The notes: generated from the letters alone by a model not told the origin. A stretch of DNA of 64,000 nt from Flaccisagitta enflata (GCA_965153355.1 OZ231126.1:47740001-47804000); one strand, 5' to 3'; counted from the first letter of the stretch, positions 17,175-32,689 are shown. Numbers and translations are program-made.

Positions 17175-20100
17175 CATGTTAGTGTACTAGGGACTGCAGA
17201 GGGACTACTAGATGCATCCCCATGCTAGTTAATGTTATACTGCTGCGCATACTTTACATATGGGTGAGAGGGACTGCTAGGTCTGCTGAGTGCATCCCCA
17301 GGTGTAATAGACTGCTGAGGGATGCTAGATGCATCCCCATACTAGTTAAGTTATACTGCTGCGCACACTTTACATATTGGGTTATTTTAAGAGGGACTGC
17401 TGATGACTGCTGAGTGCATCCCCAGGTTAGTGTAATAGGGACTGCTGAGGGACTGCTAGATGCATCCCCATGCTTGTTATAGTTATACTGCTGCGCCATA
17501 CTCTACATATTGGGTTACTCTTAAGGAGGGACTGCTGAGTGCATCCCCAGGTTAGTGTAATAGGGACTGCTAGATGCATCCCCAGGTTAGTGTAATAGGG
17601 ACTGCTGAGAGACTGCTAGATGCATCCCCATGCTAGTTAAAGATATACTGCTGCGCCATACTTTACATATTGGGTTGTTCTTAAGGAGGGACTGCTAAGG
17701 GACTGCTGAGTGCATCCCCAGGTTAGTGTATTAGGGACTGCTGAGGGACTGCTAGATGCATCCCCATGCTAGTTAGTTATACTGCTGCGCCATACTTGAC
17801 ATATTGGGTTACTCTTAAGGAGGGACTGCTGAGGGACTGCTGAGTGCATCCCCAGGTTAGTGTAATAGGGACTGCTGAGGGACTGCTAGATGCATCCCCA
17901 TACTAGTTAATGTTATACTGCTGCGCCATACTTTACATATTGGGTTACTCTTAAGGAGGGACTGCTGAGGGACTGCCCAGTGCATCCCCAGGTTAGTGTA
18001 GTAGGGACTGCTGAGGGACTGCTAGATGCATCCCCATGCTTGTTATAGTTATACTGCTGCGCCATACTCTACATATTGGGTTACTCTTAAGGAGGGACTG
18101 CTGAGTGCATCCCCAGGTTAGTGTAATAGGGACTGCTAGATGCATCCCCAGGTTAGTGTAATAGGGACTGCTGAGAGACTGCTAGATGCATCCCCATGCT
18201 AGTTAAAGATATACTGCTGCGCCATACTTTACATATTGGGTTGTTCTTAAGGAGGGACTGCTAAGGGACTGCTGAGTGCATCCCCAGGTTAGTGTATTAG
18301 GGACTGCTAGATGCATCCCCATAGTAGTTAGTTATGCTGCTGCGCCATACTCTACATATTGGGTTACTCTTGAGGAGGGACTGCTGAGGGACTGCTGAGG
18401 GACTGCTGAGTGCATCCCCAGGTTAGGGTAATAGGGACAGCTGAGGGACTGCTAGATGCATCCCCATGCTAGTTAAAGATATACTGCAGCGCCATAGTTT
18501 ACATATTGGGCTGTTCTTAAGGAGGGACTGCTAAGGGACTGCTGAGTGCATCCCCAGGTTAGTGTAATAGGGATTGCTGAGGGACTGCTAGATGCATCCC
18601 CATGCTAGTTAGTGATACTGCTGCGCCATACTTATTGGGTTATTCTTAAGGAGGGACTGCTGAGGGACTGCTGAGTGCATCCCCAGGTTATTGTAATAGG
18701 GACTGCTGAGGGACTGCTAGATGCATCCCCATGCTAGTTGATGTTATACTGCTGCGCCATACTTTACATATTGGGTTTTTCTTAAGGAGGGACTGCTGAG
18801 GGACTGCTGAGTACATCCCAAGGTTAGTGTAATAGGGACTGCTGAGGGACTGCTAGATGCATCCCCATGCTAGTTAATGTTATACTGCTGCGCCATACTT
18901 TACAAATTGGGTTATTCTTAAGGACGGACTGCTAAGGGACTGCTGAGTGCATCCCCACGTTAGTGTACTAGGGACTGCTGAGGGACTGCTAGATGCATCC
19001 CCATGCTAGTTAATGTTATACTGCTGCGCCATACTTTACATATTGGGTTATTCTTAAGGAGGGACTGCTAAGGGACTGCTGAGTGCATCCCCAGGTTAGT
19101 GTAATAGGGACTGCTGAGGGACTGCTAGATGCATCCCCATGCTAGTTAAAATTATACTGCTGCGCCATACTTTACATATTGGGTTACTCTTAGGGAGGGA
19201 CTGCTGAGGGACTGCTGAGTGCATCCCCAGGTTAGTGTAGTAGGGACTGCTGAGGGACTGCTAGATGCATCCCCATGCTTGTTATAGTTATACTGCTGCG
19301 CCATACTCTGCATATTGGGTTACTCTTAAGGAGGGACTGCTGAGGGACTGCTGAGTACATCCCCAGGTTAGTGTAATAGGGACTGCTAGATGCATCCCCA
19401 GGTTAGTGTAATAGGGACTGCTGAGGGACTGCTAGATGCATCCCCATGCTAGTTAGTTATACTGCTGCGCCATACTTTACTTATTGGGTTATTCTTAAGG
19501 AGGGACTGCTGAGGGACTGCTGAGTGCATCCCCAGGTTAGTGTAATAGGGACTGCTGAGGGACTGCTAGATGCATCCCCATGCTAGTTGATGTTATACTG
19601 CTGCGCCATACTTTACATACTGGGTTATTCTTAAGGAGGGACTGCTGAGGGACTGCTGAGTGCATCCCCAGGTTAGTGTAATAGGGACTGCTGAGGGACT
19701 GCTAGATACATCCCCATGCTAGTTAGTTATACTGCTGCGCCATACTTTACACATTGGGTTACTCTTAAGGAGGGACTGCTGAGGGACTGCTGAGTGCATC
19801 CCCAGATTAGTGTAGTAGGGACTGCTGAGGGACTGCTAGATGCATCCCCATGCTAGTTGATGTTATACTGCTGCGCCATACTTTACATACTGGGTTATTC
19901 TAAAGGAGGGACTGCTGAGGGACTGCTGAGTGCATCCCCAGGTTAGTGTAATAGGGACTGCTGAGGGATTGCTAGATGCATCCCCATGCTAGTTAGTTAT
20001 ACTGCTGCGCCATACTTTACATATTGGGTTACTTTTAAGGAGGGACTGCTGAGGGACTGCTGAGTGCATCCCCAGGTTAGTGTAGTAGGGACTGCTGAGG

Positions 20101-20500
20101 GACTGTTAGATGCATCCCCATGCTAGTTATACTGCTGCGCCATGCTTTACATATTGGGTTATTCTTATGAAGGGACTGCTGAGGGACTGCTGAGTGCATC
20201 CCCAGGTTAGTGTAATAGGGACTGCTGAGGGACTGCTAGATGCATCCCCATGCTAGATAAAGGTAAACTGCTGCGCCAAATTTATCATACCGAGATTTTT
20301 TTGGAGGGACTGCTGAGGGACTGCTGAGGGACTGCTGAGCGCATCCCCTAGTAAGGGTAAGAGGGACTGCTGAGGGACTGCTAAGTGCATCCCCAAGTTA
20401 GGGTAGGAGGGACTGCTGAGGGACTGCTGGGTGCATCCCCATCTTAGTTGAGATGATACTTTGGGGGGACTGCTGAGGGACAGCTGGGCGCATCCCCAAA
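17175..20500 (-). repeat. 136-bp satellite array, right Foldback arm (reverse complement of the left arm)
   Basis: Units read gggactgctgagggactgctagatgcatccccatgctag, the reverse complement of the left-arm unit. Confidence 0.97.
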
Positions 20501-22268
20501 ATGTTAGGAGCTTGGGACTGCTGCAAGACTGCTAGGTACATCCCCAGAATAAGGAAGAAAATTAGCAAAAAGGGACTGCTGCGTTCGGTACTGCTAAAAT
20601 GATCTTACCCCCAAAATGGCCAATTTTGTAAAAATTTGAAAATGATAAAAAAAATATGGCTAGAATTGAAGGATAATGGTTTGTTTAAGAAATATCAATT
20701 ACAATTTTGACTGTTTTTTCATACAGGGAGGGGCTACAATGCTGTAAACTGGTGCGACAGGGCTTATTTTATTGAAAACAAAGGGGGTTGGTGGGCTTTT
20801 TTTTAAACCATAGTACACCCAAACATTAAGACAATATTATTACTAAAATGTGAGGAGGAGACCCTGAGGTTTTGTAATCAGGTTTCATTATATTTGTACC
20901 TCTCATAGTTTTTTGACAAGGCTACCAAATGCGTTTTTTAAAAATCAATAAGTAATTTCCCCTTGTAATCCTATGGAAGGGGGAAGAGCAAAAAAATCAG
21001 TTTTATTTTTTTTATCTATGTACACCCAGGACCTAAGGCAATTTTTTTTTTGGTAATTCTTACCTTTTGGTGATGGCCTGGTTTCCACTTTTTTGTACCT
21101 CTCACCATTTTGGAGAAATAGCATCTTGCTATTTTCCCCCTATAAAAAGAACAACTTAACAATCGGCTATCTCAGCTTTCAGTCTGGGCGATAACATAGT
21201 GGGCACCTACTTCCTGTCAAGGTATCATCCTAAGGCTGGTTGATAAAACACATATATAGTCTAAAGATTAAGTTTGGCATTTTTAGTTTCTCCATTTTTA
21301 GCATTTAAGAGCCCTCTTAGGTACTGAGACACTTCTCCTCATAAAGCCCACTGTGCGGGTACACGGCAATAAGTAGTCGCTTTTGGGTGGGTAGGAACGG
21401 TATTACCGATGTGCGGGGGCAGTAATGCGGGAGGGTAGGAGCAGTTGTGAGGGGGCAGACATTACTATTGTGAGTGGGCAGCGCCGATTTAAACAAGGTC
21501 GGATGCACGGCTGGTGGGCAGGGGCAGTAATGCGGGTGGGCAGGGACGGGAGAATGTGGCTGGGCGGGGCTGTAATGTGGCTGGGCAGAGGCTGTAATGC
21601 TCATAAATCAGTATTTCAGCCGATTTCGCAATAAGGACCCACGCGACTAAAAATACAATTGTCCAATTTACAAAAATTTAAAAGAGTAAAGATTTTTTTT
21701 GCGAAGATAGTACAAATTCAATCTCTGTCAAATACAATGTAATAGTTAAAACCTGCAAACCTACACACTCAAAAACAAACACTTAAAACACTCTTTACTC
21801 AATACTCATACACGCAAAGTGATATACACACATACACACCCACACACCACATATACTCGCATTGGCATTAACAGACAATCTAAGACAAGTACACAGTGAT
21901 TGATAACCAGGCACAAAGCAGGCATGGATGATAGACAAATGCATGGAAATCTTTTTTTTCTTTTTCTTTATTTTTTTCTGGCATGAATTTGGTAAATTTG
22001 CATCATCTTATGATGAAGTGATAGCAAAACAAAGACTTTATATTGAATAACAGTTAACGGTTAATCCTATTCAACTTTTTCAATGATTAATAATTATATC
22101 AATGGTTGATTAACCGTTAATCATTAACGGTTAAGCACCGTTAATCATAAACGGTTAAGCACCGTTAATCATTAACGGTTAAGCATCGATAGTTTCAACC
22201 AAATAGGTCGAAAAATGTAAAGGCTGGTTTGGCCAGTTAGCATGCTCAAATGCATATAAATCATATAT

Positions 22269-22876
22269 GTCGGGGTGCAAATGAAGGTAAGATTCCGGTT
22301 TCAGTCACTTTTCATATCTATATTGATGATTATATTGTGATTTTTTTTATGAAACTTCTAATATTTTAATTCAGTATTATTCTATTAGTGAAAGAAACCA
22401 AAGTATGATTAAGTAATTGCTATGTTTTATTAACAAAGACAAGAAAGAATCACAGGAAATAATAGATTCCGCAAAAATAAGAGAGCAAAAATTCAAAACC
22501 TGCAAAGGGAAAATTCTAAGACTTGAACAAATTGAACAATTTTGCATTTCTAAGAACATGGCCCTCATCTTAAATGTTCTTAGAATGAAGCCATGTTTTT
22601 GAAAATGCAAAATTTTGCGTCTTGAAAGAGTCTTAGAATTTTCCCTAAGACAAATAAAGTTGCAAAATGAAATTTTCTTTAGATTTCCTTCTTTTTTCTC
22701 CCATTTTTACTTGCTCAACACTCTCTTTTTATCTACAAATGGTTTTCTATGCAAAACTAAAAACAATATAACATAAGAATTGTATTCTTTGATGAAAAAA
22801 ATTTATATTAATGAAATTTAGAATATTGAAAAAATTGTTTTGACTCTTCTAATTTGATCTTCGTTTGCACCTCGAC
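22269..22876. mobile_element. 608-bp MITE, possibly Sola1-like (ATAT TSD) or Tc1-like (TA TSD)
   Basis: ATAT|GTCGGGGTGCAAATGAAG...CTTCGTTTGCACCTCGAC|ATAT. Confidence 0.7.
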
Positions 22877-24860
22877 ATATGTAAGTAGAGTCATTCCACA
22901 CTGAAAATTACCGTCAAATTTGCTACCCAAGCCAGATGAATCATGAATTTCATAAAATGAAATTTGATGAAAATTTTTATTTTGATGTTTTCAATTTTTC
23001 TTTTGATGTTTTTGCATAAATTAACTTGCATATGCTAGTTTTAATCTTGAATCCTTTATTTTACACCTGGAAAAATATGCAAAAAACTTGTTTTGTCAAT
23101 GCACTACCAGCCAAAATACGGAATTGAGTTGAGGAAGAATGATCGTCTCTCATTTTGATAGTTTTTGGGTCATTGTAGTGTGTACAAAATAAATCTATAG
23201 GAAACTAAATCACTTTTGGGGCGGTTTTTTAAATATATGCAAAAATGGTGTAAATTTGGTACTTTTTTCATCATAACTCCTTGTGGTGATGTTCTCTGGT
23301 ATTTTTGACTGCAGATTTGGCTTCAGCGAGTGTTTTGCGGTTTGTTTGATATGTCACACTAATTAGTTTTGAAAAAGAAATAAAAAGTTGATTTTTTCAT
23401 CATATTGCTATGAAATACAATTATTTTTAATGTGTTTATAAAGCGCCCCAAAAATGATATAGTTCTTTTCAGATTTGTAATATACACACCACAAGGACTC
23501 AAAACCTATCAGAGTTGTAGACGATCATTTCAAGTCAACTCATTCCGTGTTCTGGCGGACAATGAATGTACCATGGCCCACTGAAGATTTTGAATTTGCA
23601 AAGAAAATCAAAATTTCAAGAAGACAAGAACATAGCGCAATTCCTAGATCATTTACTGAGGTCAAGGATGACGACAGTAGATGAAGATGATGACAGTCAT
23701 TGAAGATGATGACAGTCGTTGAAGATGATGACAGTCGTTGAAGATGATGACAGTAGTTGAAGATGATGACAGTAGTTGAAGATGATGACAGTAGTTGAAG
23801 ATGATGACAGTAGTTGAAGATGATGACAGTGGTTGAAGATGATGACAGTGGTTGAAGATGATGACAGTGGTTGAAGATGATGACAGTGGTTGAAGATGAT
23901 GACAGTGGTTGAAGATGATGACAGTGGTTGAAGATGATGACAGTGGTTGAAGATGATGACAGTGGTTGAAGATGATGACAGTGGTTGAAGATGATGACAG
24001 TGGTTGAAGATGATGACAGTGGTTGAAGATGATGACAGTGGTTGAAGATGATGACAGTGGTTGAAGATGACGACAGTGGTTGAAGATGATGACAGTGGTT
24101 GAAGATGATGACAGTGGTTGAAGATGATGACAGTGGTTGAAGATGATGACAGTGGTTGAAGATGATGACAGTGGTTGAAGATGATGACAGTGGTTGAAGA
24201 TGATAACAGTGGTTGAAGATGATGACAGTAGTTGAAGATGATGACAGTAGTTGAAGATGATGACAGTGGTTGAAGATGATGACAGTAGTTGAAGATGATG
24301 ACAGTAGTTGAAGATGATGACAGTAGTTAAAGATGAATCTTGAAATCCATGATGGCAAACCTAAAGAAAAATCATAATGTAATAAATGAGCAAGTAAAAG
24401 AATTCATCAACATCAATCCTCTATATGAATCGCCTAAGTCCTAGCAACATATTACTACATCAATAAGCTAATATCTTATAAACCAGACTTCAGATTTCAT
24501 TCGAATTTTGCAGGGGCAGTTCAATTAATATTCTTTAATTGTATACCAAATTAATTTTTTTTTTTTTGATGGGGAAAAATGTTAGATAGATGAATGAACA
24601 AATAAATGAATGAATGCATGAATGAATGAATGCATGAAAAAATACATGAATAAAAAAAAAATGAATAAATAAAAAGAAGAAAGGAAAGAAGGAAGGAAGA
24701 AAGAAAAAAAAATGAACACATCTATTAATAAATAGATTAAACTTCAACAGTGTCAATTACTTATTGTAGGAATGAATGCCAGTTTTGGACATTCATGTGA
24801 TTTGAACCAATTGTAAAACATTCCATCTAATGTAAGCACATAAAAAATTTGCTTAGATAA

Positions 24861-24946
<86 letters not shown>

Positions 24947-25389
24947 GAGTCAAAAATGGAAATAGCTGATTTCACACAGTTCAGACACAGTGGTTTGGGG
25001 AAAATTCACGTTATTACGACGTCGTAACAATGTGCATTCAACAGTAACATACTCATTTTTTGCAAGCTGTGTCGTAACTACGTGGTTGCCCCCTAAACAA
25101 GGCCAAGAAGGCCAATAGGATCGTGGATCGTCAAATGAATGTGTTACAGACCGACCAACCAAACAACAGACCAACTGACGGACACAGCCAGTTATAGAGG
25201 TGCTTTGTCGCACTTAAAAGTTATCATTTATTAAAAACCGTGACGACGACAACAACAACAACGACACCCACACACCTTGAATTAAAGTCCGCGTCAGAAT
25301 GATATTCCGTTACGGACAAAAATAGTAATATTTTGCTATATTTTAAATCATGACTCTTTGTGAAGCTGCCTTATTGCTAATATAGACAA

Positions 25390-25925
25390 AATAGTCGCAA
25401 AAGCGTTAGATGGTCAGCGGTACCCGTTGCCCCTATGTGAGTGCATGTGGGTGTGAGGTGGTTAGAGGGGCAGCGGCCCCAAAGGGGCCGATGACCTATG
25501 CTGTTTTTATTTAGGCCTCAAGGATGGAACTAGGGCCTGGAGGCTGGAATTGGGGCCTTGACGCTTGGATTAGGGCCTTGACGCTTGGATTAGGGCCTTG
25601 AGGCTGGATTTTCAGCTTCAAGGCTGACATTTGAGCTTCGAGGCTGGGATTTGAGCTTTGAGGTTGGGATTTGAGCTTCGGGGCAGGGATTTGAGCTTGG
25701 AAGCTGGTATTTGAGCTTCCAGGCTAGGATTTTAGCTTCAAGGCTGGAATTTGTGCCTTGAAACTGGGATGAGCCTAAAAGCAGGGATTTGAGCCTTGAG
25801 ACTGGGATTTGAGCCTTGAGACTGGGATTTGAGCCTGGAGACTGAGATTCAAGCCTCAAGGCTGGGATTTGAGCTTTGAAGCGGGGATTTGAGCCTTGAA
25901 GCTAGGATTTGGCCGCTGCCCAACT
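25390..25925. mobile_element. GGGCAGCGGCCCC-family short element with an internal 20-bp minisatellite; further copies at about 35170-37535 (cluster), 40985-41100 and 44750-46000
   Basis: Shared ends AATAGTCGCAAAAGCGTTAGATGGTCAGCGGTACCCGTTGCCC and GGGCAGCGGCCCCGAAGGGGCCGATGACCTATGC flank (GAGGCTGGGATTTGAGCCTT)n. Confidence 0.7.
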
Positions 25926-26531
25926 ACAAAATTTCTTGCAAAACTGCAAATTTTATGCCTTGAAAGCATGTGTAAGACATGTCTTATAAACAGGTGCGCT
26001 CTAGCGGTGCTCTACTATTTCTTTCTAAGACCCACAGGCAGAGGAAGCGAATGGGAGGCGAATGAGACAAAGATAGCCAATACACAGCAAAAGCAATCAA
26101 ACACTACAGAGTGTGAGGTCGACCTTTCTATGACCACCTCTTAAATTGGTTTTGCAACTAATACATCACTGTCAGCTCGGTCGGCAAAGGGAAGAAAAGG
26201 CGCCGAGCCCCAACTAAGTGACGTTGGAGCAACTCACTCGTGAACGCCGTACAGACAGTACAGTCCAATCATACCGATACAAGACTGAAAACATATTAAC
26301 TGATGAAGTTTTAAACCAGTATCTGTCAACTGTAGATCTTTTAAAAAACAAAATTGATTTCAGCAAGAGTGAATGGGAGAGAGAGAAAGACCAAGAGGGC
26401 GAGAGTAAGAGAGCATTAAGAGAGTGAGAGCGAGCACAAAAGCATGAGGGCGCAAAAGGAAGAAAGAGCGTTTGTTTTTTGTCGCTTTCTCTCTTTCTCT
26501 CTTTCTATCTTTCTCTCTCACTCTTTTTTAC

Positions 26532-26634
<103 letters not shown>

Positions 26635-26712
26635 TCTTTGTGTGTAAATTTGTTTCTCATTTTTTTTCTCCATTCATTGACAGTCTTACGATACGCTGGC
26701 AAGTCATCCAAG

Positions 26713-27021
26713 CAGGCCCGGCCAGAGCGGGTCCCTCTCCTGGCTCCCTTGGTTGGGCTCCCCTCCCTCTTCAGCTCCTTCCTTTACTCTTAATATTTAA
26801 ACTTCTGCAATATTTTTTTACTGCCTTAAAGTTTGTTCCAGTGTTGAAACTTCAGCCTCCAAAACTTGTAACTTAGAAACTTTCTTCTTTCACTTTCTTT
26901 TTTTTTTCTTTTTTTCTTCTTTTTTTTTTCTTTTTTTCTTATATTATAAAGGCTCTTACAGATTCCACTGGTGCCCGGGCCCTCCATCTCAGATGGGGTG
27001 ACCCCCCTCTGGCCGGGCCTG
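26713..27021. mobile_element. hAT-like MITE, 309 bp
   Basis: CAGGCCCGGCCAGAG...CTCTGGCCGGGCCTG; perfect 8-bp TSD CATCCAAG. Confidence 0.88.
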
Positions 27022-28166
27022 CATCCAAGGATTGCATATGGTTAGCGGTATCCATTGCCGTGCTTCATTGCTGTTTCAAGGTAGTGAGGTCTGAGCAGGG
27101 ACATATGTAACGGTTCACTCCTGTGTTCTCCAAAACATCGGCTCTTTGGGGCCGCTGCCCAAACACACACACATACACACATACACACACACACACTGTC
27201 TTTCTTTTCACCCTTTCTTTCTTTCTTACCTACTTTCACCTACTTCCTTTTTTTCTCTCTTTCGTTCTTTTATTCTTTCTTTCTGCTTTCTTTCTTTCCT
27301 TCCTTCCTTCCTTCCTTCCTTCCTTCCTTCCTTCCTTCCTTCCTTCCTTCCTTCCCTTCTCTCTGTCGTTTTTTCTTTCTATTTCTTTCTCTCCATGAAA
27401 AAATTCGTTACACATAACTCAGAAATACTATTTTCACTGGAAAGACTCTGTTACCGACTATTTTTCGTTAGTCAGTTTGTTTGAGGCGATTTTTGGATGA
27501 TGGAAATTTCAAAGATGGTCGTTTCCTAATTCAAGCTGACGGTGCCACCCTCATAGGTAGCGAGGGAGAGTGAAACCGACAACGTCAAATTTATTTTTTG
27601 TCAAAAATCGCTCAGTTTTATATTTTCCTATGTATATGGAACACAAAATAATTGGTTTATGTCATATATATGATCAAATTATCCTATATCAATTACTATC
27701 TATTCATATAGATCACGGAGAGGCCAATAACTATCGTGAAATAGCGGTGTTCAAACAGTATATATCAGCTATGCCAATTTCATCATATTTAGTTAATTAC
27801 GAACAAATAAAAACGCCTCTTAATATGGCGTTATGATTTATAACTTTTTATAGGAAAAACTTTGTAAAATTTGTGATCGAACGCCGTTGGCTGCGTCCAA
27901 ATCGGCTCACCCGATCGGCGCCGCCAGCCTCGCATAAGTTAAAAAAATTTAATCGGCAAAAAATCATCAAGGTTGTTGTCTTTGTTTAAACGCACAAAGT
28001 TGCGGCTGTTACGAATACGGATCGGAGGGAGATTTTTTCTTCCTGCACAATTTTTTTAGATAATTTTTGTGAAAGTATATGTTTCAGCATATCATTCGAA
28101 TCCTCTTTTCATGAAGATTATGAAAATCATAATGGATATTATTTTCTCGAAAAGCTGTGGTTATTG

Positions 28167-29628
28167 TGACCACAGACTCGAAAACCATGATCACAGCCTC
28201 GAAAACCTTGACCACAGTTTCGAAAATCGAGACCACAAACTTGAAACTTGCAACCAGAGACTCGAAAATCGCGCCCACAGACTCGAAAATCGCGCCCACG
28301 GACTCGAAAATTGCGCCCACGGACTCGAAAATTGCGCCCACAGACTTGGAAATAGAGACCATAGACTTGGAAATTGAGACCACAGACTTGGAAATCGAGA
28401 CCACAGACCCAGAAATCGAGACCACAGACTCAGAAATCGAGACCACAGACTCGGAAATCGAGACCACAGACTTGGAAATCGAGACCACAGACTCGGAAAT
28501 CGAGACCACAGACTCGGAAATTGAGACCACAGACTCGGAAAACAAGACCACAGACTCGGAAAACAAGACCACAGACTCGGAAAACAAGACCACAGACTCA
28601 GAAAACGAGACCAGAGACTCGGAAATTGCGCCCCCATACTTGGAAATCGCGACCACAGACTCAAAAATCGCGACCAAGAACTCGGCAATTGCGACCACAG
28701 ACTTAAAAATCGCGCCCACATACTCAAAAATTGCGCCCACAGATTTGGAAATTGCGTCCACAGACTCGGAAATTGCGCCCACAGACTCGGAAACTGTGTT
28801 CATCAACTCTGAAATCGCGTTCACCGACTCTGAAATCGCAACCACCAACTCTGATATCGAGACCACAGACTCAGAAATTGAAACCACAGACTTGGAAACC
28901 GAGACCACAGAGTCGGATATTGAGGCCACAGACTCGGAAATCGAGGCCACAGACTCGGAAATTGAGACCACAGACTTGGAAATCGAGACCACAGACTTGG
29001 AAATCGAGACCACAGACTCGGAAATCAACCACAGACTCGGAAATCAACCACAGACTCGGAAATCAAGACTACAGACTCGGAAATCAAGACTAGAGACTCG
29101 GAAATCAAGACTAGAGACTCGGAAATCGAGACCACAGACTCGGAAATTGAGACCACAGACTCGAAAATTGAGACCACAGACCCAGAAATCGAGACCACAG
29201 ACCCAGAAATCGAGACCACAGACTCGGAAATCGAGACCACAGACTCGGAAATTGAGACCACAGACTCGGAAATCGAGACCACAGACTCGGAAATCGAGAC
29301 CACAGACTCGGAAATCGAGACCACAGACTCGGAAATCGAGACCACAGACCCGGAAATCGAGACCACAGACTCGGAAATCGAGACCACAGACTCGGAAATT
29401 GAGACCACAGACTCGGAAATGAGACCACAGACTCGGAAATCGAGACCACAGACTCGGAAATGAAGACCATAGACTCGGAGATCGAGACCACAGACTCGGA
29501 AATTGAGAAACAGACTCGGAAATTGAGAAACAGACTGGGATATCAAGACCACAGACTCGGATATCGAGACCACAGACTCGGATATTGAGACCACAGACTC
29601 GGATATCGAGACCACAGACTCGGATATT
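28167..29628. repeat. 21-bp minisatellite (GAGACCACAGACTCGGAAATC)n
   Basis: About 70 tandem units, more diverged at the left end. Confidence 0.95.
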
Positions 29629-29990
29629 GAGTGAGCAAGCGAGCCGGTGAATGGAGCAAGGAACAAAGCGAGTGTAGCCAAGCAGACCGCTGCAAAAGCG
29701 AGTGAGCGGTGGGAGCGAACAAACATAGTGGGCATCCAACCCGCATCCACACCCAAACCCCCACACACGGACCGACGGACCGACAAAGCCATATTTGAGG
29801 TTGCTTCATCATTTGGGCAGGAGTGGTGAGGCCAAAGACCGCAAAAAAAAAAACAAACAAAAAAGTGTGACGGACTGACATATGGACAGACGGACAGATG
29901 GACCGATGGATGGACCAACAAAGCGGGTTGTAGGGTCGCGTCACACGCGACTGAAAAGATGAAAAGGATGATATTGTGCTAGCGGCCAAC

Positions 29991-30037
<47 letters not shown>

Positions 30038-30184
30038 CTGTTGTAATTGTAACTCTGATTCCGATATTTGTCAGAGATGAGAGAGCAGAAAAACGGAGCT
30101 TTTTCGCTTTCGAAACCTCCTTCGAATATTCTTATTCCACCTCTCAACATTCACGTTCGTGGACACATTCCCACACACACTCAG

Positions 30185-30280
<96 letters not shown>

Positions 30281-31666
30281 TCTCAGTGAATGTGTGTGTG
30301 AGAATGTGTGTTGACCTAACCGTAGATGAATATGATCATGAATGAAATGACTAGTAACATGAATGATGAACGTGATGAGTTCTCATACGATTTTATTCGT
30401 TTTCAGCGATTTTTCACTCGAGCGTGACTGACTGACTGATCGACCAACCAACCAACCAATGGACAATGCCTATAGAGGTGCTATGGCGCACCTAAAAACG
30501 ATTCAACGCGCGACTCTCATCAATTTCTCAATGAAATGACAAATAAAAGATATTATAATCGGATGATGCAGAACAAGGCCAACACCAGTGAGTCGCGTGT
30601 GAGATTTTCAGATTGACTTACAATGACTTGAAATGACTTACAATGATTAAGAATGATTCAGTATACTCTTAAATGGCTTTAAATGACTTCAAAAAACAAA
30701 ATCAAAGAAAAAAGTAGTCTGACGTACTGACCAACTAACCAACCAACGGACGGATGGACGGACAGACAAAGCGGGGTGTCGAGTCGCGTGCACGCGACTA
30801 GAAAAGCAGGAGCAGAGCATCTGTTAAAACGGGGCAACAATAACCTTGAGGACGGGTAGGCAGGGGCGTACAACCCCATTCACACACAAAAAGACATACA
30901 CAAACGCAACTTCTCAAATGTGCGTTTTCATTCTTCCGACTCCATTGTCATGGACGGAAGGACCGACACGATGGACAATTTTTGGTTGCATGCTACGCGA
31001 CTCTACACTCAGCGTAATCAGACCGTCTGTCCATCAGTCCGTCTATCGGTCTCAGCAGGCCTGATTTTAGAGCGAGCCCGCAAGCCCGATGCTCTCTGTC
31101 TCGCTCCTATGAAATCATTGCCGACACTGGGAGTGATTCAGAAATATGCTAGGTCCTAGCCTAGGATGATACCCAGTTGCATCTTAGCACCTCTATAAGA
31201 TGCTTTGACCAGTACGGAACGGAACGAAGGTCGCGGTGAGGGAAAAGTTCGTCTGCTTGCAGCAATCAAGTCGCAGATGGCATATTGTCAACAGATTCTC
31301 GAGCAGCCCGTCGTCAAGGCTGATTGGTCATACAGCCATAATTCGGTGGCCTGTGACATTCCAACTCTCACTTCAAAGCTGACAAAGCTCATTCATCAAG
31401 CATCATCCAAATCCGTGGAATAATTACGACAATTATTTTTACTGTATGCAGTGAGTGAATTTTTCTTTTTTGAAAATCCTAACCTTTTATCATTCATGAA
31501 ACCTGAATCCGCGGAGAAGTCTTACTGCAAATTTTACACAATCTCTATTGTTCTTATTTTATGTCATGCATTCAATGAATTATTAAAGAATTCTTAGGTG
31601 TTTTATAAAACACGTATTGAAACAATATTAAGTTTTTTTTTGAAGAATGAGTTTTTATTTTCAAAA

Positions 31667-31755
<89 letters not shown>

Positions 31756-32689
31756 CAGACAGACAGAGCTATGAAATTCAAATAAGTTAGGATTTGATCA
31801 CAAAAATGTCATATCTTCTTAAACTGGCCAATCTTCGCCAGTTTTAAGCCTGTAATATTAATTGAAATTATACTGTGCACAGCGTGAATATTTTTTTTTC
31901 TTTCTATGAGGTTTAGTTATGGGATATGTTCAAAAAACAAAAAACAAAGCCATTTTTAGGTGCGCCATAGCACTTCTATAAGAGGCTCTGTCTGTTGGTT
32001 GGTTGGTTGGTTGGTCGGTCACGCTTGAGTTGAAAATCTCGAAAAGAAGCAAATATCACTGGGAATGATTCGGAAATATGCTAGGATGATACCCAGTTGC
32101 ATCTCAGCACCTCTATAAGATGCTTTGTCTATCCGTCCATTCGTCGGTCACGCTCAAATGAAAAATCGCTAAAAATGTTTGAAAACAATTGAAAACTCAT
32201 TTCGTACATCATTGATGATACTCATCATTTCATTCACTGAAACAATCAGCCACGGTTAGGTCGGATAGGTCTGAGGATGGGTCTGATAGAGCTAGGGATA
32301 GGTCTGATAGAGCTGGTTATAGGTCTGATAGAACTGGTTATAGGTCTTATGGAGCTCTACATTTTGGTCACCTGTTTTTCATAAATCAATCAAAAACAAG
32401 AAAGAAAAAAAAGGAGGTTCATCCCGTCTGAGGAATAAGGATTTCTAGCTCAAAGGAAAGGGGGGTCAAAAAGGCGAGTCCTGTGGCACCTATCATGTTG
32501 GGTCTTGAAATGTGCGCATTACCTTGGGGAATTCTAATCCAGGCTTGCTTGAACAATATCAGGTGCGTGTTCGAATGTCTAAAAAAAAAGTGCCCAAAAT
32601 GGCCATTTTTGGCGTTTTTTGGCCTAAAACCTATCTTAAACTTGGAAATAAGCCTTGAAATTTCACATGTGCTGGAGCCTAAATAAGCT

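Noticed and set aside
23540-24358. 272-aa ORF (and the similar ORFs at 1317-1780)
   Set aside because: Translation of the 19-bp minisatellite inside a HINE-like element.
28157-29422. 421-aa EIETTDS-repeat ORF as a mucin-like or acidic protein
   Set aside because: A stop-free 21-bp unit opens several frames on both strands, the frame shifts mid-array, and there is no unique domain or convincing splice context.
31205-31423. 72-aa + strand ORF in unique sequence (also 42166-42453 and 39126-39320)
   Set aside because: No recognisable homology or consistent splice boundaries; cannot be supported from sequence alone.
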